Source of the DNA: Candidatus Omnitrophota bacterium
GTDB lineage: Bacteria; Hinthialibacterota; Hinthialibacteria; Hinthialibacterales; Hinthialibacteraceae
NCBI GenBank assembly: GCA_013177805.1
Contig: JABLXU010000004.1
Location: 34,447-98,446 of the forward strand
Direction of reading: 5' to 3'
DNA length: 64,000 nucleotides
The notes under the pieces are model-generated. The model made no database searches. It saw nothing but the letters and a program-made list of their open reading frames with translations, and was not told the origin of the DNA. The translations under genes and the position numbers were made by a program. Positions 29,720 to 38,571 of the stretch are shown here, piece after piece; the stretch's first letter is position 1, and every line of letters starts with the position of its first letter.

Positions 29720-30574
29720 TCAATGCGTCATGGCATAGACCACGATGTTGATCCCCAGGGGATACGCTTTTTTCGCCGAGAATTCCTCAAAGTATTGGGG
29801 ATTCACGGCCTCCTCCTCCCATCCGTCCCCGAGATCGGTGTTATGCAGAATCACCGCCATGAGGCGGCCTTTCTTGTCGAATACTCCCTTGCAGACCGGA
29901 ACGCGGCTGTCTTCAAACCGCTCCGACGTTTCCCCCCCGGTGCTTGCCCAAAAGCCGATGGATGGAATCTGCGGCACTTCCCGGACCTCGAAGACGATAT
30001 GAAAAATTTCGTGATCAAGCGGGACATCCACCATGGGATATTCCTCCGGAGGAAACACCTTGCTGAATTCCCGCTCCCAGTTGGCCCATTCCGCGGATCC
30101 CCAAAAGTCATCCACCATCAGGAATCCGCCGCGCAACAGATACGACCGCAGCCGGGCCGCCTCTTCTTCCCGGAAATACAGGCTGCCGACTTCCAGCATG
30201 TAGAGAAACGGATAGTTGAACAGTTCGTCTTCCATTAAGTCGACAATGGCGTGCTTGATGTTCCCGTCCGCGTCGCGGTTCACGCGGATCGTGGTCAGTT
30301 CCGAAAGCCGCTGGGAGAAATTCAGGTCGGATTCGGGATAATCGGTCAGCCACGAGCCGCCCCAGCCCCGGCGCCGGCCGCTCCCCCGGTAACTGGTATA
30401 GCGCAGACGGCAAAAAGTAAACGATTCGCCCGGGAAAATATCCCGCTCCGGCGGTGTGTAATCATAATACGGCCGCCGCCCCCCGAATTGGGCGAACGCG
30501 TCCGGCAGGCTGGCGAGGCCCAACGCCACGGCCGCCAGGAACAAACCCACGAGGAGCCAATACCGGCGATTCAT
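29720..30574 (-). CDS. DUF4159 domain protein
   Basis: It has a signal peptide. The blocks WLTDYPESDLNF, ELFNYPFLYMLEVG and LRSYLLRGGFLMVDDFWG match my memory of DUF4159. Confidence 0.75.
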   Translation of the reverse strand: MNRRYWLLVGLFLAAVALGLASLPDAFAQFGGRRPYYDYTPPERDIFPGESFTFCRLRYTSYRGSGRRRGWGGSWLTDYPESDLNFSQRLSELTTIRVNRDADGNIKHAIVDLMEDELFNYPFLYMLEVGSLYFREEEAARLRSYLLRGGFLMVDDFWGSAEWANWEREFSKVFPPEEYPMVDVPLDHEIFHIVFEVREVPQIPSIGFWASTGGETSERFEDSRVPVCKGVFDKKGRLMAVILHNTDLGDGWEEEAVNPQYFEEFSAKKAYPLGINIVVYAMTH

Positions 30575-30575
30575 A

Positions 30576-33197
30576 TCACTCCTCTGTATCCCCCCGCTCG
30601 ACGATCGACAACAGCCTCTGCTGCGCTTGCCAAAAATGGGGAAACGCCTCGAGCAAAAGAATATTCTCTTTTTTGGCCTGCTCCCACTCGCCCATCTTTC
30701 CCAGCAAATCGATTCGTGTCAATTGATAATCGGTCCGGTGGGGAGCGTCGAGTTGCGCCAACTGATCGGCCACGGTCAATGCCCGGGTGAGATTGCCGGT
30801 ATGGACGTTGGCTTCCAACAAGATTTGGCGGATTTCGATATCCCACGGATCGATGCCCAGGGCTTCTTGCGCCACCAAGACCGCCGCGTCCCATTCTTCC
30901 GCCTGGCGGTGCAGGGCGAGCAACTTTTTGCAGGAGGATAGTGCGGTGGCGTTGCGATCGATCTCCCGACGCAGGGCGTCTTTCAACTTGTCCGGTTGGT
31001 TTTGTTGTTCGTAGAGCCGGATCAGTTGCTGCAGCGGCGCGTTGGGGCCCGTATACTCGGGGAACAAGGTGTCGGCTTCGAGCAGGAACCGCTCCGCGTC
31101 ATCCCACCGCTTTTCCTGCCACGCTTGCTCCGCGTGGCGCAACGCGTCTGTGAACGGAGAAGGCCGGGCCAGCCACTCCGTGACAGGGAGAGTCCGGCGT
31201 CGCGGATCTTGCTCCTCCACACCGGTCTCCGTCTGATGAAAATCGGGCAAGTTCTCCAGTGGCGCGAGCCGCTTTTTCAGATACTCCAGAAAACCCGCGT
31301 TGACCGCTTCCTCCGAAGCCCCTGCCGCTTCCACCAAGGCGGTTTCCGCCTTTACTCCCGTGGCGACGCGGTCCAAGGCCCGCAGCACCGCGTCGAATCC
31401 ATACGTCTTCGCGTAGAAAGAGACAAACTCGGCCGCGAAGAAGTAACCGAGCATCACGTGCAAGGAACTCTTGGGCTGGATGAAATATTTTTCCAAATCC
31501 CGCAGCTGGGGGAAGGATTCGGATTGAATGACCGGTTTATACTGGATATCGAGTTTCTGTCCCCAGGCCGGCGAGCGCTGGGTTTCCTCGTAGACTGAGA
31601 ATCCTTCCGACAACCAGCGCGGCAGGCGGTGGCCGGTTTTTTGCAGGGTCACCACATGGGCAAACTCATGCCACAGGACCGACCGCCAATTCATTGTGCC
31701 CTTGGGCCGGGCGGAAGGCGAGTCCATGGTGATCAGCCGCCCGAAGCAGATGCCCATGAAGCCGATGTGGCCGGGCAATCCCACCGACCGCACCATGAAA
31801 TCGTCGTGATTGTCGAAGATCTGCACATGCACGGGCGTTTCGATTTCGATCTGATACTTGGCTCGGCCGGTTGCATACGCTTCCCGCAGCAGGGCCAGCG
31901 CGTCCTCGGCTAGAAGGGGAACTTCGGCCTTCGGCAATTGCAGCACGAACGGCCCCTGCTCCACTTTTTCGAAACGGCGCAGCGAATCGAGCAGGTTCAG
32001 CATGTTGAAGACTTGCACATCGTAAGGCCGGGCCTCGAACGCCAAATCCAGATGTCGGCGGCCTTCCTCCTCCCGCCCCAGGCGCAGCAGGTCACGCGCG
32101 TAGTTGGCCCGCGCTTCGTGATCGGACGGATTCACGTTCAGCGCCTTCTCTCCGAGATCGGCCGCTTCCCGGAACCGGTAATGCCGCGAGGCGATGCGGG
32201 CCGGCGTGCTGTAGACCTCCGAACAAAAGGGATTGAAGCGCAGCACTTCCTCCTGGATTCCGCGCATGGCTTCAAGATCATCCAGGAGAAAACAGGCGGC
32301 CGCCTCGAGCGCGCGGAGGCGGAGATGAACCGGATTGATCTCCTTCGTCTTCCGGATGATGTCCAGCGCCGCTTCCGCCTCACCCAAATCGAGAAGTGAT
32401 TCCGCTTCCAACACGTTCGCGGCGGGATGATGGGGATTGATTTGCGACAGGCGCCGCAGGGTTTCATCGAGACGCGAGTCGCCCGATTTCCAATAACATT
32501 CCGCCAGCCCGGCCAGCGCTTCCTGGTTGTCGAATTCCACGTCCAAGGCCTGTGTGTAATACCGGGCGGCCAAATCGTAGGCGTTGTAACGCATCGCCAG
32601 GTCACCCGCGCCGATGAATCCGGGGGCAAAATTCGGCAGTTGCTCCATCAAGCTTTTATAGAGGGACGACAGGAGCCGTTTGGGATTTTCGCCCTGCATT
32701 TCAGCGAGTTGACCATACGCCAGCAGGTTTTGCTCTTGGGAATAAAACCGTCCGCGTTGCAGCCGTTGGCCCATGGCATAGTTCAACAACGCGGTGTAAT
32801 CTTCCATCCGGCCGCGGTAGTGGTACAGCCGGGCCAGCCGCAGGAGAAACATCGGTTCCCGGCTGGCAAGGAGGATCGTCTCCAAGTCGGCGATGGCTTC
32901 ATCCACCATGCCCAACTCAAACCGGAGCGCCGCGCGGTCGGATAGCCAAATGATGTACCGGAAAGCCATGGCGTCCGCCAATTCCGGCCGCTGCGCCATC
33001 TGGTGTTCCAGCAGTTCGAGCGCCACGCGGTATTCCCCTTGAAACCACAAATCCCGGTATTCCTCAGCGTTGTTAATCGGAATCCAGTCTGATTGCCCCG
33101 CGGCAGGATCTCCGGACAGGCTGAACAACAAGACGAGAATCCCGGCCAAGCAAGACCGGGGGGAGAAATAGGAGAAAATATGTCGTAAAACCATCAC
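30576..33197 (-). CDS. TPR-repeat protein fused to an MA-clan (gluzincin) metallopeptidase domain
   Basis: 873 aa with a signal peptide and TPR-like repeats on both sides. The central block VLWHEFAHVV...PRWLSEGFSVYEE gives HExxH plus a downstream Glu, as in Peptidase_MA_2. Confidence 0.75.
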   Translation of the reverse strand: MMVLRHIFSYFSPRSCLAGILVLLFSLSGDPAAGQSDWIPINNAEEYRDLWFQGEYRVALELLEHQMAQRPELADAMAFRYIIWLSDRAALRFELGMVDEAIADLETILLASREPMFLLRLARLYHYRGRMEDYTALLNYAMGQRLQRGRFYSQEQNLLAYGQLAEMQGENPKRLLSSLYKSLMEQLPNFAPGFIGAGDLAMRYNAYDLAARYYTQALDVEFDNQEALAGLAECYWKSGDSRLDETLRRLSQINPHHPAANVLEAESLLDLGEAEAALDIIRKTKEINPVHLRLRALEAAACFLLDDLEAMRGIQEEVLRFNPFCSEVYSTPARIASRHYRFREAADLGEKALNVNPSDHEARANYARDLLRLGREEEGRRHLDLAFEARPYDVQVFNMLNLLDSLRRFEKVEQGPFVLQLPKAEVPLLAEDALALLREAYATGRAKYQIEIETPVHVQIFDNHDDFMVRSVGLPGHIGFMGICFGRLITMDSPSARPKGTMNWRSVLWHEFAHVVTLQKTGHRLPRWLSEGFSVYEETQRSPAWGQKLDIQYKPVIQSESFPQLRDLEKYFIQPKSSLHVMLGYFFAAEFVSFYAKTYGFDAVLRALDRVATGVKAETALVEAAGASEEAVNAGFLEYLKKRLAPLENLPDFHQTETGVEEQDPRRRTLPVTEWLARPSPFTDALRHAEQAWQEKRWDDAERFLLEADTLFPEYTGPNAPLQQLIRLYEQQNQPDKLKDALRREIDRNATALSSCKKLLALHRQAEEWDAAVLVAQEALGIDPWDIEIRQILLEANVHTGNLTRALTVADQLAQLDAPHRTDYQLTRIDLLGKMGEWEQAKKENILLLEAFPHFWQAQQRLLSIVERGDTEE

Positions 33198-33337
33198 TGA
33201 GATCCGACCTGTTCCGTGTGAAATCTTGACGCGCAGACGTTCCCGAATGCTGAATGGCTTGGTTAGATTATAGTGACAAGAGGCGCGATTCGTCTAATCG
33301 ATTGGGTTTTCGTTCTTCCCGAAGCCCGTATGGGAGA

Positions 33338-35026
33338 ATGGCTGATTCCATGAATCCATGCATCCCCACGGAAGATTCCGCATCGCCTTCTCCGGGCCGG
33401 ATAATCCAGCACCGGCTGTGGTTCCTTGCCATGGGCGCCGTGCTGGCGGTGATCTTGTCCGGTATGGCTTGGCGCTCGCTGAATTTCTTTTCCTATCACC
33501 GGTTCTACACCGATTCGGGTGTATTCGCCGCGGTGACCCAACATCTTCTGGCCGGGAAGACGTTGTACCGCGAAGTGTGGGATCACAAACCGCCCATGAT
33601 CTACGTCATCGATTCGCTACCCCTGGCGCTGGGCGATGCCTCAGTCAACGCCATCCGCTATTCCGAGCGGTTTTACGCTGTGGCGGGAATCCTGGCGATC
33701 TTCTTCAGCCTGTGGCTGGCGTTTCAAAATCCCTGGCTCGCCTTCGTCATAGCCACCGGCTTTCATCTGCATTTTTATGATCCGGAAATCTTCCAAGGCG
33801 GCAACCTGACCGAGGAATACGGAGCCGTGTTTGTTCTGATCGGCATTTTCTTGGCCCTTGCCGCCCGGCTTGGATCCAGTGTGCTGAGCCGGTTTAAAGA
33901 AGAGTGCCCGCCAACGGAATCCATACCCCTCCCCGTATCCCCCGCCGGGGTCCGGTTAATCTCCCGGGAAAGATGGTGTAGTTTCTTCTCCGGTTTTTTC
34001 TTCTCGCTGGCCGTGTTCACCAAGGAACCGTTTCTGTTGAGCGTGCTTCCCTGGATGGTTTTCCTGGCGCTGCCTGATGGACAAGCGTGGAAATCCGTCC
34101 TCTGCCGCGTCCTCGATTTCATCTTGGGATTCGCGTTCCCCGTTGTTGTGTTTTTCGCCTATTTCATCTGGAACGGGATCTTGTGGGATTGGCTGGATGT
34201 GTTGACCTATAATGTTCAATATTCCCTTCATTCCCGGCCCGGAATTCCCCTCCTGGAGCGAGTGAACACCCACTTCGGCGTGATCGCGAATTCCATCTTG
34301 AGACAAAGCTGGACATTTCTGCTGCTGTTTTTGATTGGGCTGGCCGGATGCGCGTATCTCCCTTTGGTCAAGAAATATCAGGGCCTGCCCTGGGTATGCG
34401 CCGCGGCCTTCTTCCTGGATTTTTCAGCTACGATGATCAGCGGCTACGAAATCGGCCACTATTACCTGCAAGTGGTTCCCTCTTATATCCTGGTCACGGG
34501 TGTGGGAAGCGCGTTGGTGCTGGATCAGGCGCGGCGGTTTCGGTTTCCGGCTCGTAGGTTGCTGGCCGTGTTCCTATTGGTCTTGTTAGGTTTGGATTTT
34601 GTTCCCCTGCGGAATTATTTTAATCGCTTGAGCCTGCCCGGTGGCCGGGCGGGCATCGGCGCGCTTTCGCAGACACTCCGCGAAAAAGCCCGCCCTGGCG
34701 ATACGCTCTGGTGCGGCCTGGGTGATAACGCCAAATATTATGTGGAGAGCGGGCTGTTCTCCCCCACCCGGTATCTCTACATCTTCGAGCATCACTTTCT
34801 CGACACCTGGCTGAGCACCGGCCGGGAAAAGCGGGAAATTCTCTACCGGGAACTGACCTCCCGTCCGCCCGCCTTCATTCTCCTCTCGGACAAACAAGCG
34901 GACCGTATGCGCAGGATGGGACTGAAGCCCCTGGTGGATTGGATCGCTTCCGACTATCAAAAATCCTGGGAAGCGGTGGAGCAGGAGGTGTTGATTTATA
35001 TAAGGAAAGAGTATCCGGCTCCCTAG
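33338..35026 (+). CDS. GT-C fold membrane glycosyltransferase (PMT_2/ArnT-like)
   Basis: It is polytopic. The first-loop block is LYREVWDHKPPMIYVIDSLP and a C-terminal soluble domain follows. The start is ambiguous among ATG 33338, ATG 33350 and the longest ORF at 33254. Confidence 0.7.
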   Translation: MADSMNPCIPTEDSASPSPGRIIQHRLWFLAMGAVLAVILSGMAWRSLNFFSYHRFYTDSGVFAAVTQHLLAGKTLYREVWDHKPPMIYVIDSLPLALGDASVNAIRYSERFYAVAGILAIFFSLWLAFQNPWLAFVIATGFHLHFYDPEIFQGGNLTEEYGAVFVLIGIFLALAARLGSSVLSRFKEECPPTESIPLPVSPAGVRLISRERWCSFFSGFFFSLAVFTKEPFLLSVLPWMVFLALPDGQAWKSVLCRVLDFILGFAFPVVVFFAYFIWNGILWDWLDVLTYNVQYSLHSRPGIPLLERVNTHFGVIANSILRQSWTFLLLFLIGLAGCAYLPLVKKYQGLPWVCAAAFFLDFSATMISGYEIGHYYLQVVPSYILVTGVGSALVLDQARRFRFPARRLLAVFLLVLLGLDFVPLRNYFNRLSLPGGRAGIGALSQTLREKARPGDTLWCGLGDNAKYYVESGLFSPTRYLYIFEHHFLDTWLSTGREKREILYRELTSRPPAFILLSDKQADRMRRMGLKPLVDWIASDYQKSWEAVEQEVLIYIRKEYPAP

Positions 35027-35196
35027 TTACCTTGGTTTCGGATACAGTAAATCAGACGATGCGGCGATAAGCAAAAATGCAACTCATTCCCTTCTCCCTG
35101 GGGCATTCCATTATTTTTTTTGATTTATGAATGTACTTGTTAGCTCTTTTCCGCTTTCCGGCGTTTAAAAGAGTGAGCACGTGCTGGAGGGGGAGA

Positions 35197-35793
35197 ATGG
35201 ACGACGAGCAACTGGCCGGGCTGGCCAGCCAGGGAGACCGGGACGCGCTCGCCACGTTGATCCAACAATACGAGGTGTGGATTTATACTGTCGCGCACAA
35301 GATCGCCCTTCGGGAACAAGACGCCCGGGAGATTACGCAAAACGTTGTGAGCAAACTGGTTACGGCGATCCGCGCCTACCAGTCTCCGGGGAACTTCCGC
35401 GCCTGGCTGGCGGCCGTGACCGCCCGGGCGGCGTTCGATTTCCTGCGTCAGGCGGGACGGCGTGAGCCGCCCGGGGAAGCAGTGCCCTTCGAAGAGGTGA
35501 AGGAGGTCTGCTCCGATCCCGCGCCCAATCCCCGCGAGGCGCTGGAAGGCCAGAATCTCCGGGAGTGCGTGGAAAAAGCCATGGCGGATCTGACACCCCA
35601 ACAACGGGCCATCCTCACCCTGCGGCTGGATGAAGACCTGCCCACGAAGGACATCGCCGCCCGCCTGGAGATTCCCCCCAAGCAGGTCCGCGTGCAACTG
35701 AGCCGCGCTTACGCCCGATTGCGAACCCTGCTTGCGGATGTCGCCCAACACTATTTTCCTGTGAGGAAAAATCATGAATGCGGCACTGAATGA
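35197..35793 (+). CDS. ECF-type RNA polymerase sigma-70 factor
   Basis: Region 2 (YEVWIYTVAHKIALREQDAREITQNV) and region 4 HTH (LTPQQRAILTLRLDEDLPTKDIAARLEIPPKQVRVQLSRAYARLR) are both present. GGAGGGGGA precedes ATG 35197. Confidence 0.9.
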   Translation: MDDEQLAGLASQGDRDALATLIQQYEVWIYTVAHKIALREQDAREITQNVVSKLVTAIRAYQSPGNFRAWLAAVTARAAFDFLRQAGRREPPGEAVPFEEVKEVCSDPAPNPREALEGQNLRECVEKAMADLTPQQRAILTLRLDEDLPTKDIAARLEIPPKQVRVQLSRAYARLRTLLADVAQHYFPVRKNHECGTE

Positions 35794-36034
35794 TAATCCG
35801 CGGGAGCCCAATCCAAACCACGAGGCAGAGGATCTTACCGAAGAACAGCTGTTTTTGGAGCGCGCCACCGCGTACTGGCTCAACGAAATGGCCGCGGAGG
35901 AGCGGCGGGCCTTTGAAGAGCAAATGCGGTCCGACGCCGGCTTTCGCGAACAGGCCGAGTCTTGGCGGGTCATCCTGACCGCCGTGCGGGAGTGGCTCGC
36001 CGCCCCCGCGCCGGGGGTGATAAGTTTGACATAA
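35774..36034 (+). CDS. Putative anti-sigma factor, short/possibly truncated
   Basis: It overlaps the sigma gene by 20 nt, the classic sigma/anti-sigma coupling. It is an 86-aa helical acidic protein with no TM segment. The last 5 codons plus the stop lie in island-type AT-rich DNA. Confidence 0.55.
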   Translation: MNAALNDNPREPNPNHEAEDLTEEQLFLERATAYWLNEMAAEERRAFEEQMRSDAGFREQAESWRVILTAVREWLAAPAPGVISLT

Positions 36035-36057
36035 ATGATGGACTTTAAAGGCGTAAC

Positions 36058-37086
36058 ATGATGAAATTTTCATTATATATTCCTAACTTATATATTTTAA
36101 CTTCATTTGTATTTGTGATTTCTTGTGGAAATAAATCCATGATCGATATCACCCCTCAAGCCATCATTCTAGAAAACCTTGAAGTGGGGACATGGGTCAC
36201 GAAGAAAATATTGCTAAAGAATTGGGGAACCAAGACAATTCGCAAAGTGCGTGTTTCCTCTACATGTGGGTGTACCGTAACCAGCGGGGTGCCATCGGAG
36301 ATTGGTCCAGGTGAGGAAATCGAATTCCCCGTTCATTTTCGCGCTCCTGACAAACCGGAAAATTTCAAGCAAGATATCCTTGTTGGATTTGAAGACAAAC
36401 ATATCTCCATACCCATTATCGGGAATTCAACACAAACGTTGTTTGTGAAACCCAGCATGTTGAGGATAGGTATATCGGATACAATACGTCACTATGCTGA
36501 ATTAATCTCCATAGAATCCTATCGCCAACCAATCAGTAAAATTATTCCATCATTTAGTGAGAATGTTTCACGAAAATTAATCAATCGCAATTTCCTGCAA
36601 GTTAAATTATCCCAATTGAAAGAAAACCATTTTCTTCTGACTTTTTCATGCGATGCTTTTCTGGCAGCGGATATTTTTCCTGTAAATGATATTTTGTCAT
36701 TGAATATCGAATTTGAAAATGATGAAAAGAAAGTTATCGGCATCCCTTTTTTGGTGGAAAAGAAAAATAAAATTGTAGTTATGCCATCGATAATCAATTT
36801 TAAGTTTGAAAATCAAATCCATTCATGGAAATCAAATATCCTCTCCATTTCTTCTCCAATCAAGATCAATCAATTCAATTTATCCATCCATGGAGAGAAA
36901 GAATCCGTTTCGGTTATAAGGCATAGTTTGAATACATCGTATCCAAGTGATTATCAGGACTTTCTATGTTTTCAACTGGAATCAAAAAATAATAATGTGC
37001 GTTTTGCGACCAGTACCTTGTCCTGTGATGGTCAAAATTATACGTTACCAGTTGTATTTAATTCGATTCCGGATGCCACGCGGTAA
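36058..37086 (+). CDS. DUF1573-domain lipoprotein
   Basis: The signal and lipobox are MMKFSLYIPNLYILTSFVFVISCG. The characteristic SSTCGCTV motif sits within an Ig-like N-domain (VTKKILLKNWGTKTIRKVRVSSTCGCT...PGEEIEFPVHF). TAA stop. Confidence 0.7.
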   Translation: MMKFSLYIPNLYILTSFVFVISCGNKSMIDITPQAIILENLEVGTWVTKKILLKNWGTKTIRKVRVSSTCGCTVTSGVPSEIGPGEEIEFPVHFRAPDKPENFKQDILVGFEDKHISIPIIGNSTQTLFVKPSMLRIGISDTIRHYAELISIESYRQPISKIIPSFSENVSRKLINRNFLQVKLSQLKENHFLLTFSCDAFLAADIFPVNDILSLNIEFENDEKKVIGIPFLVEKKNKIVVMPSIINFKFENQIHSWKSNILSISSPIKINQFNLSIHGEKESVSVIRHSLNTSYPSDYQDFLCFQLESKNNNVRFATSTLSCDGQNYTLPVVFNSIPDATR

Positions 37087-37171
37087 GAAATCTTCATGGG
37101 GAGGAGGTGAACCAATATTATTGCGTAACTCGTGGCGGCAAAGGATAACAGGATGAAAGGATGTATTGCTC

Positions 37172-38083
37172 ATGAAACAGGTTTGCATAATCATTCTCGG
37201 ACTTCTGATGACGGTTTCAGGAGATGCGGCGAAACTGTACGAATTGGACATGACCCTGGAATTGGAAATGTTTCCGGAATCAGGGGAATTGGCGAAGGAC
37301 GTGCCGCAATTCATGGAATGGGCGGAGCAACAGATCGATCCCGAAGCAAAAAAGATATATCTTAATTCCGCGGTCAATTCCATAGTGGCGGATAAGATGG
37401 GATACAAATATCAAATCCCTATCAAGGGCTATGTAGAAACGGAAAACGGAGAAATCAAGAGATACCGCTTTGAGCACATTAACGCCTCGGTAGTTATTTC
37501 TTCACCTACACCTTTCAATCAACCGGTCATTACATATCATGAATATTGCATATATATTCACGACGGGAAAGATTTTTATGTTGAAACGCAATCTTTGTCA
37601 GACAACTCGACAATAAAACAAGTATTTCGAGATGAGGAGTTGATTAATCCTGTGCGCAGCACTCATTGGCACAATTACTTATCATATTGTTGTGACCTGA
37701 AGCAATATCAAGACCGTATCGCAGAGGGGCTTATTCCGATTGCCGAGGATGGTATCCAAAAGACTTATGCTATTCGCGAAGATTTGGAATTTACCATGTT
37801 GTCAGACGGTTCAACGGCCTATGCGAAATGGAAGGATGCTGGAACCTGGCGTGTGATAGCCCGTTGGAACCGTATGCTGCAAACCACGGATATTTTTGTG
37901 CCACAATTGATTAAATACTTCGATACTGTACAGCAAACATTTACTCTACACTCCATTAAAGACATAACAGGAACGCCTCAGATCGATACACTCTTCACAA
38001 TTCCCGCGGATGCACAAGAAAATAACTTTCATAAGGTCATGAGAGGAGAAATATCATGGGAAGAAAGTCAACGTATGCACTGA
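37172..38083 (+). CDS. Hypothetical secreted protein (island)
   Basis: Signal peptide MKQVCIIILGLLMTVSGDAA. No family was recognised. It ends at TGA, and the next in-frame stop is TAA at 38105-38107. Confidence 0.6.
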   Translation: MKQVCIIILGLLMTVSGDAAKLYELDMTLELEMFPESGELAKDVPQFMEWAEQQIDPEAKKIYLNSAVNSIVADKMGYKYQIPIKGYVETENGEIKRYRFEHINASVVISSPTPFNQPVITYHEYCIYIHDGKDFYVETQSLSDNSTIKQVFRDEELINPVRSTHWHNYLSYCCDLKQYQDRIAEGLIPIAEDGIQKTYAIREDLEFTMLSDGSTAYAKWKDAGTWRVIARWNRMLQTTDIFVPQLIKYFDTVQQTFTLHSIKDITGTPQIDTLFTIPADAQENNFHKVMRGEISWEESQRMH

Positions 38084-38475
38084 ACATATTGCTTGTCGGT
38101 GTTGTAATACTTACAACAATCTCCATGTACATTTATCGCAATGCATACGCCACGGATTGTGGATCGGTTTGTGTAGGCGAAGCATGTGGTTATGGCTATG
38201 ATTTTGTTCGTTATTTTGAATGTTGTACGCGTCCCAATGGTACAAAATTTTTATGTGCCACGGCCTTATTTAAAACAACAACAGAAAATCGTGCTTGCAC
38301 TCTTGTTCCTGTTGGTCTGTATGGTTCGATACGATATTGTCAGCAAACACCTGGTTTTATCTATGGTCAACGTGAAATTTATGCCTGCGAAAGTGGAAAT
38401 TGTAATTTTAAAAGTGTTACAGGTAGTAGCGTTCCTCCCTGTTCAGGAGAACAAGTGGTTGGCACTTGTTCTTAA
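38056..38475 (+). CDS. Small Cys-rich secreted protein (12 Cys in mature part)
   Basis: The N-terminal hydrophobic segment ALNILLVGVVILTTISMYIYRNAYA is followed by about 107 aa with 12 Cys (CGSVCVGEAC...ECC...). It overlaps the upstream gene by 28 nt. TAA stop. Confidence 0.55.
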   Translation: MGRKSTYALNILLVGVVILTTISMYIYRNAYATDCGSVCVGEACGYGYDFVRYFECCTRPNGTKFLCATALFKTTTENRACTLVPVGLYGSIRYCQQTPGFIYGQREIYACESGNCNFKSVTGSSVPPCSGEQVVGTCS

Positions 38476-38540
38476 TTTCAGTTTGCAACATAGCGTTATT
38501 CTGTAGCCGGCGACGATTGTACTATAGATAATCCAAAGTG

Positions 38541-38569
38541 CCCCCTCGAAAAACAGAGGGGATTTTTTT
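38541..38569 (+). terminator. Rho-independent terminator inside the island
   Basis: CCCCTC (38542-38547) pairs with GAGGGG (38556-38561) across an 8-nt loop, followed by A + T7 (38563-38569). Confidence 0.7.
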
Positions 38570-38571
38570 GA

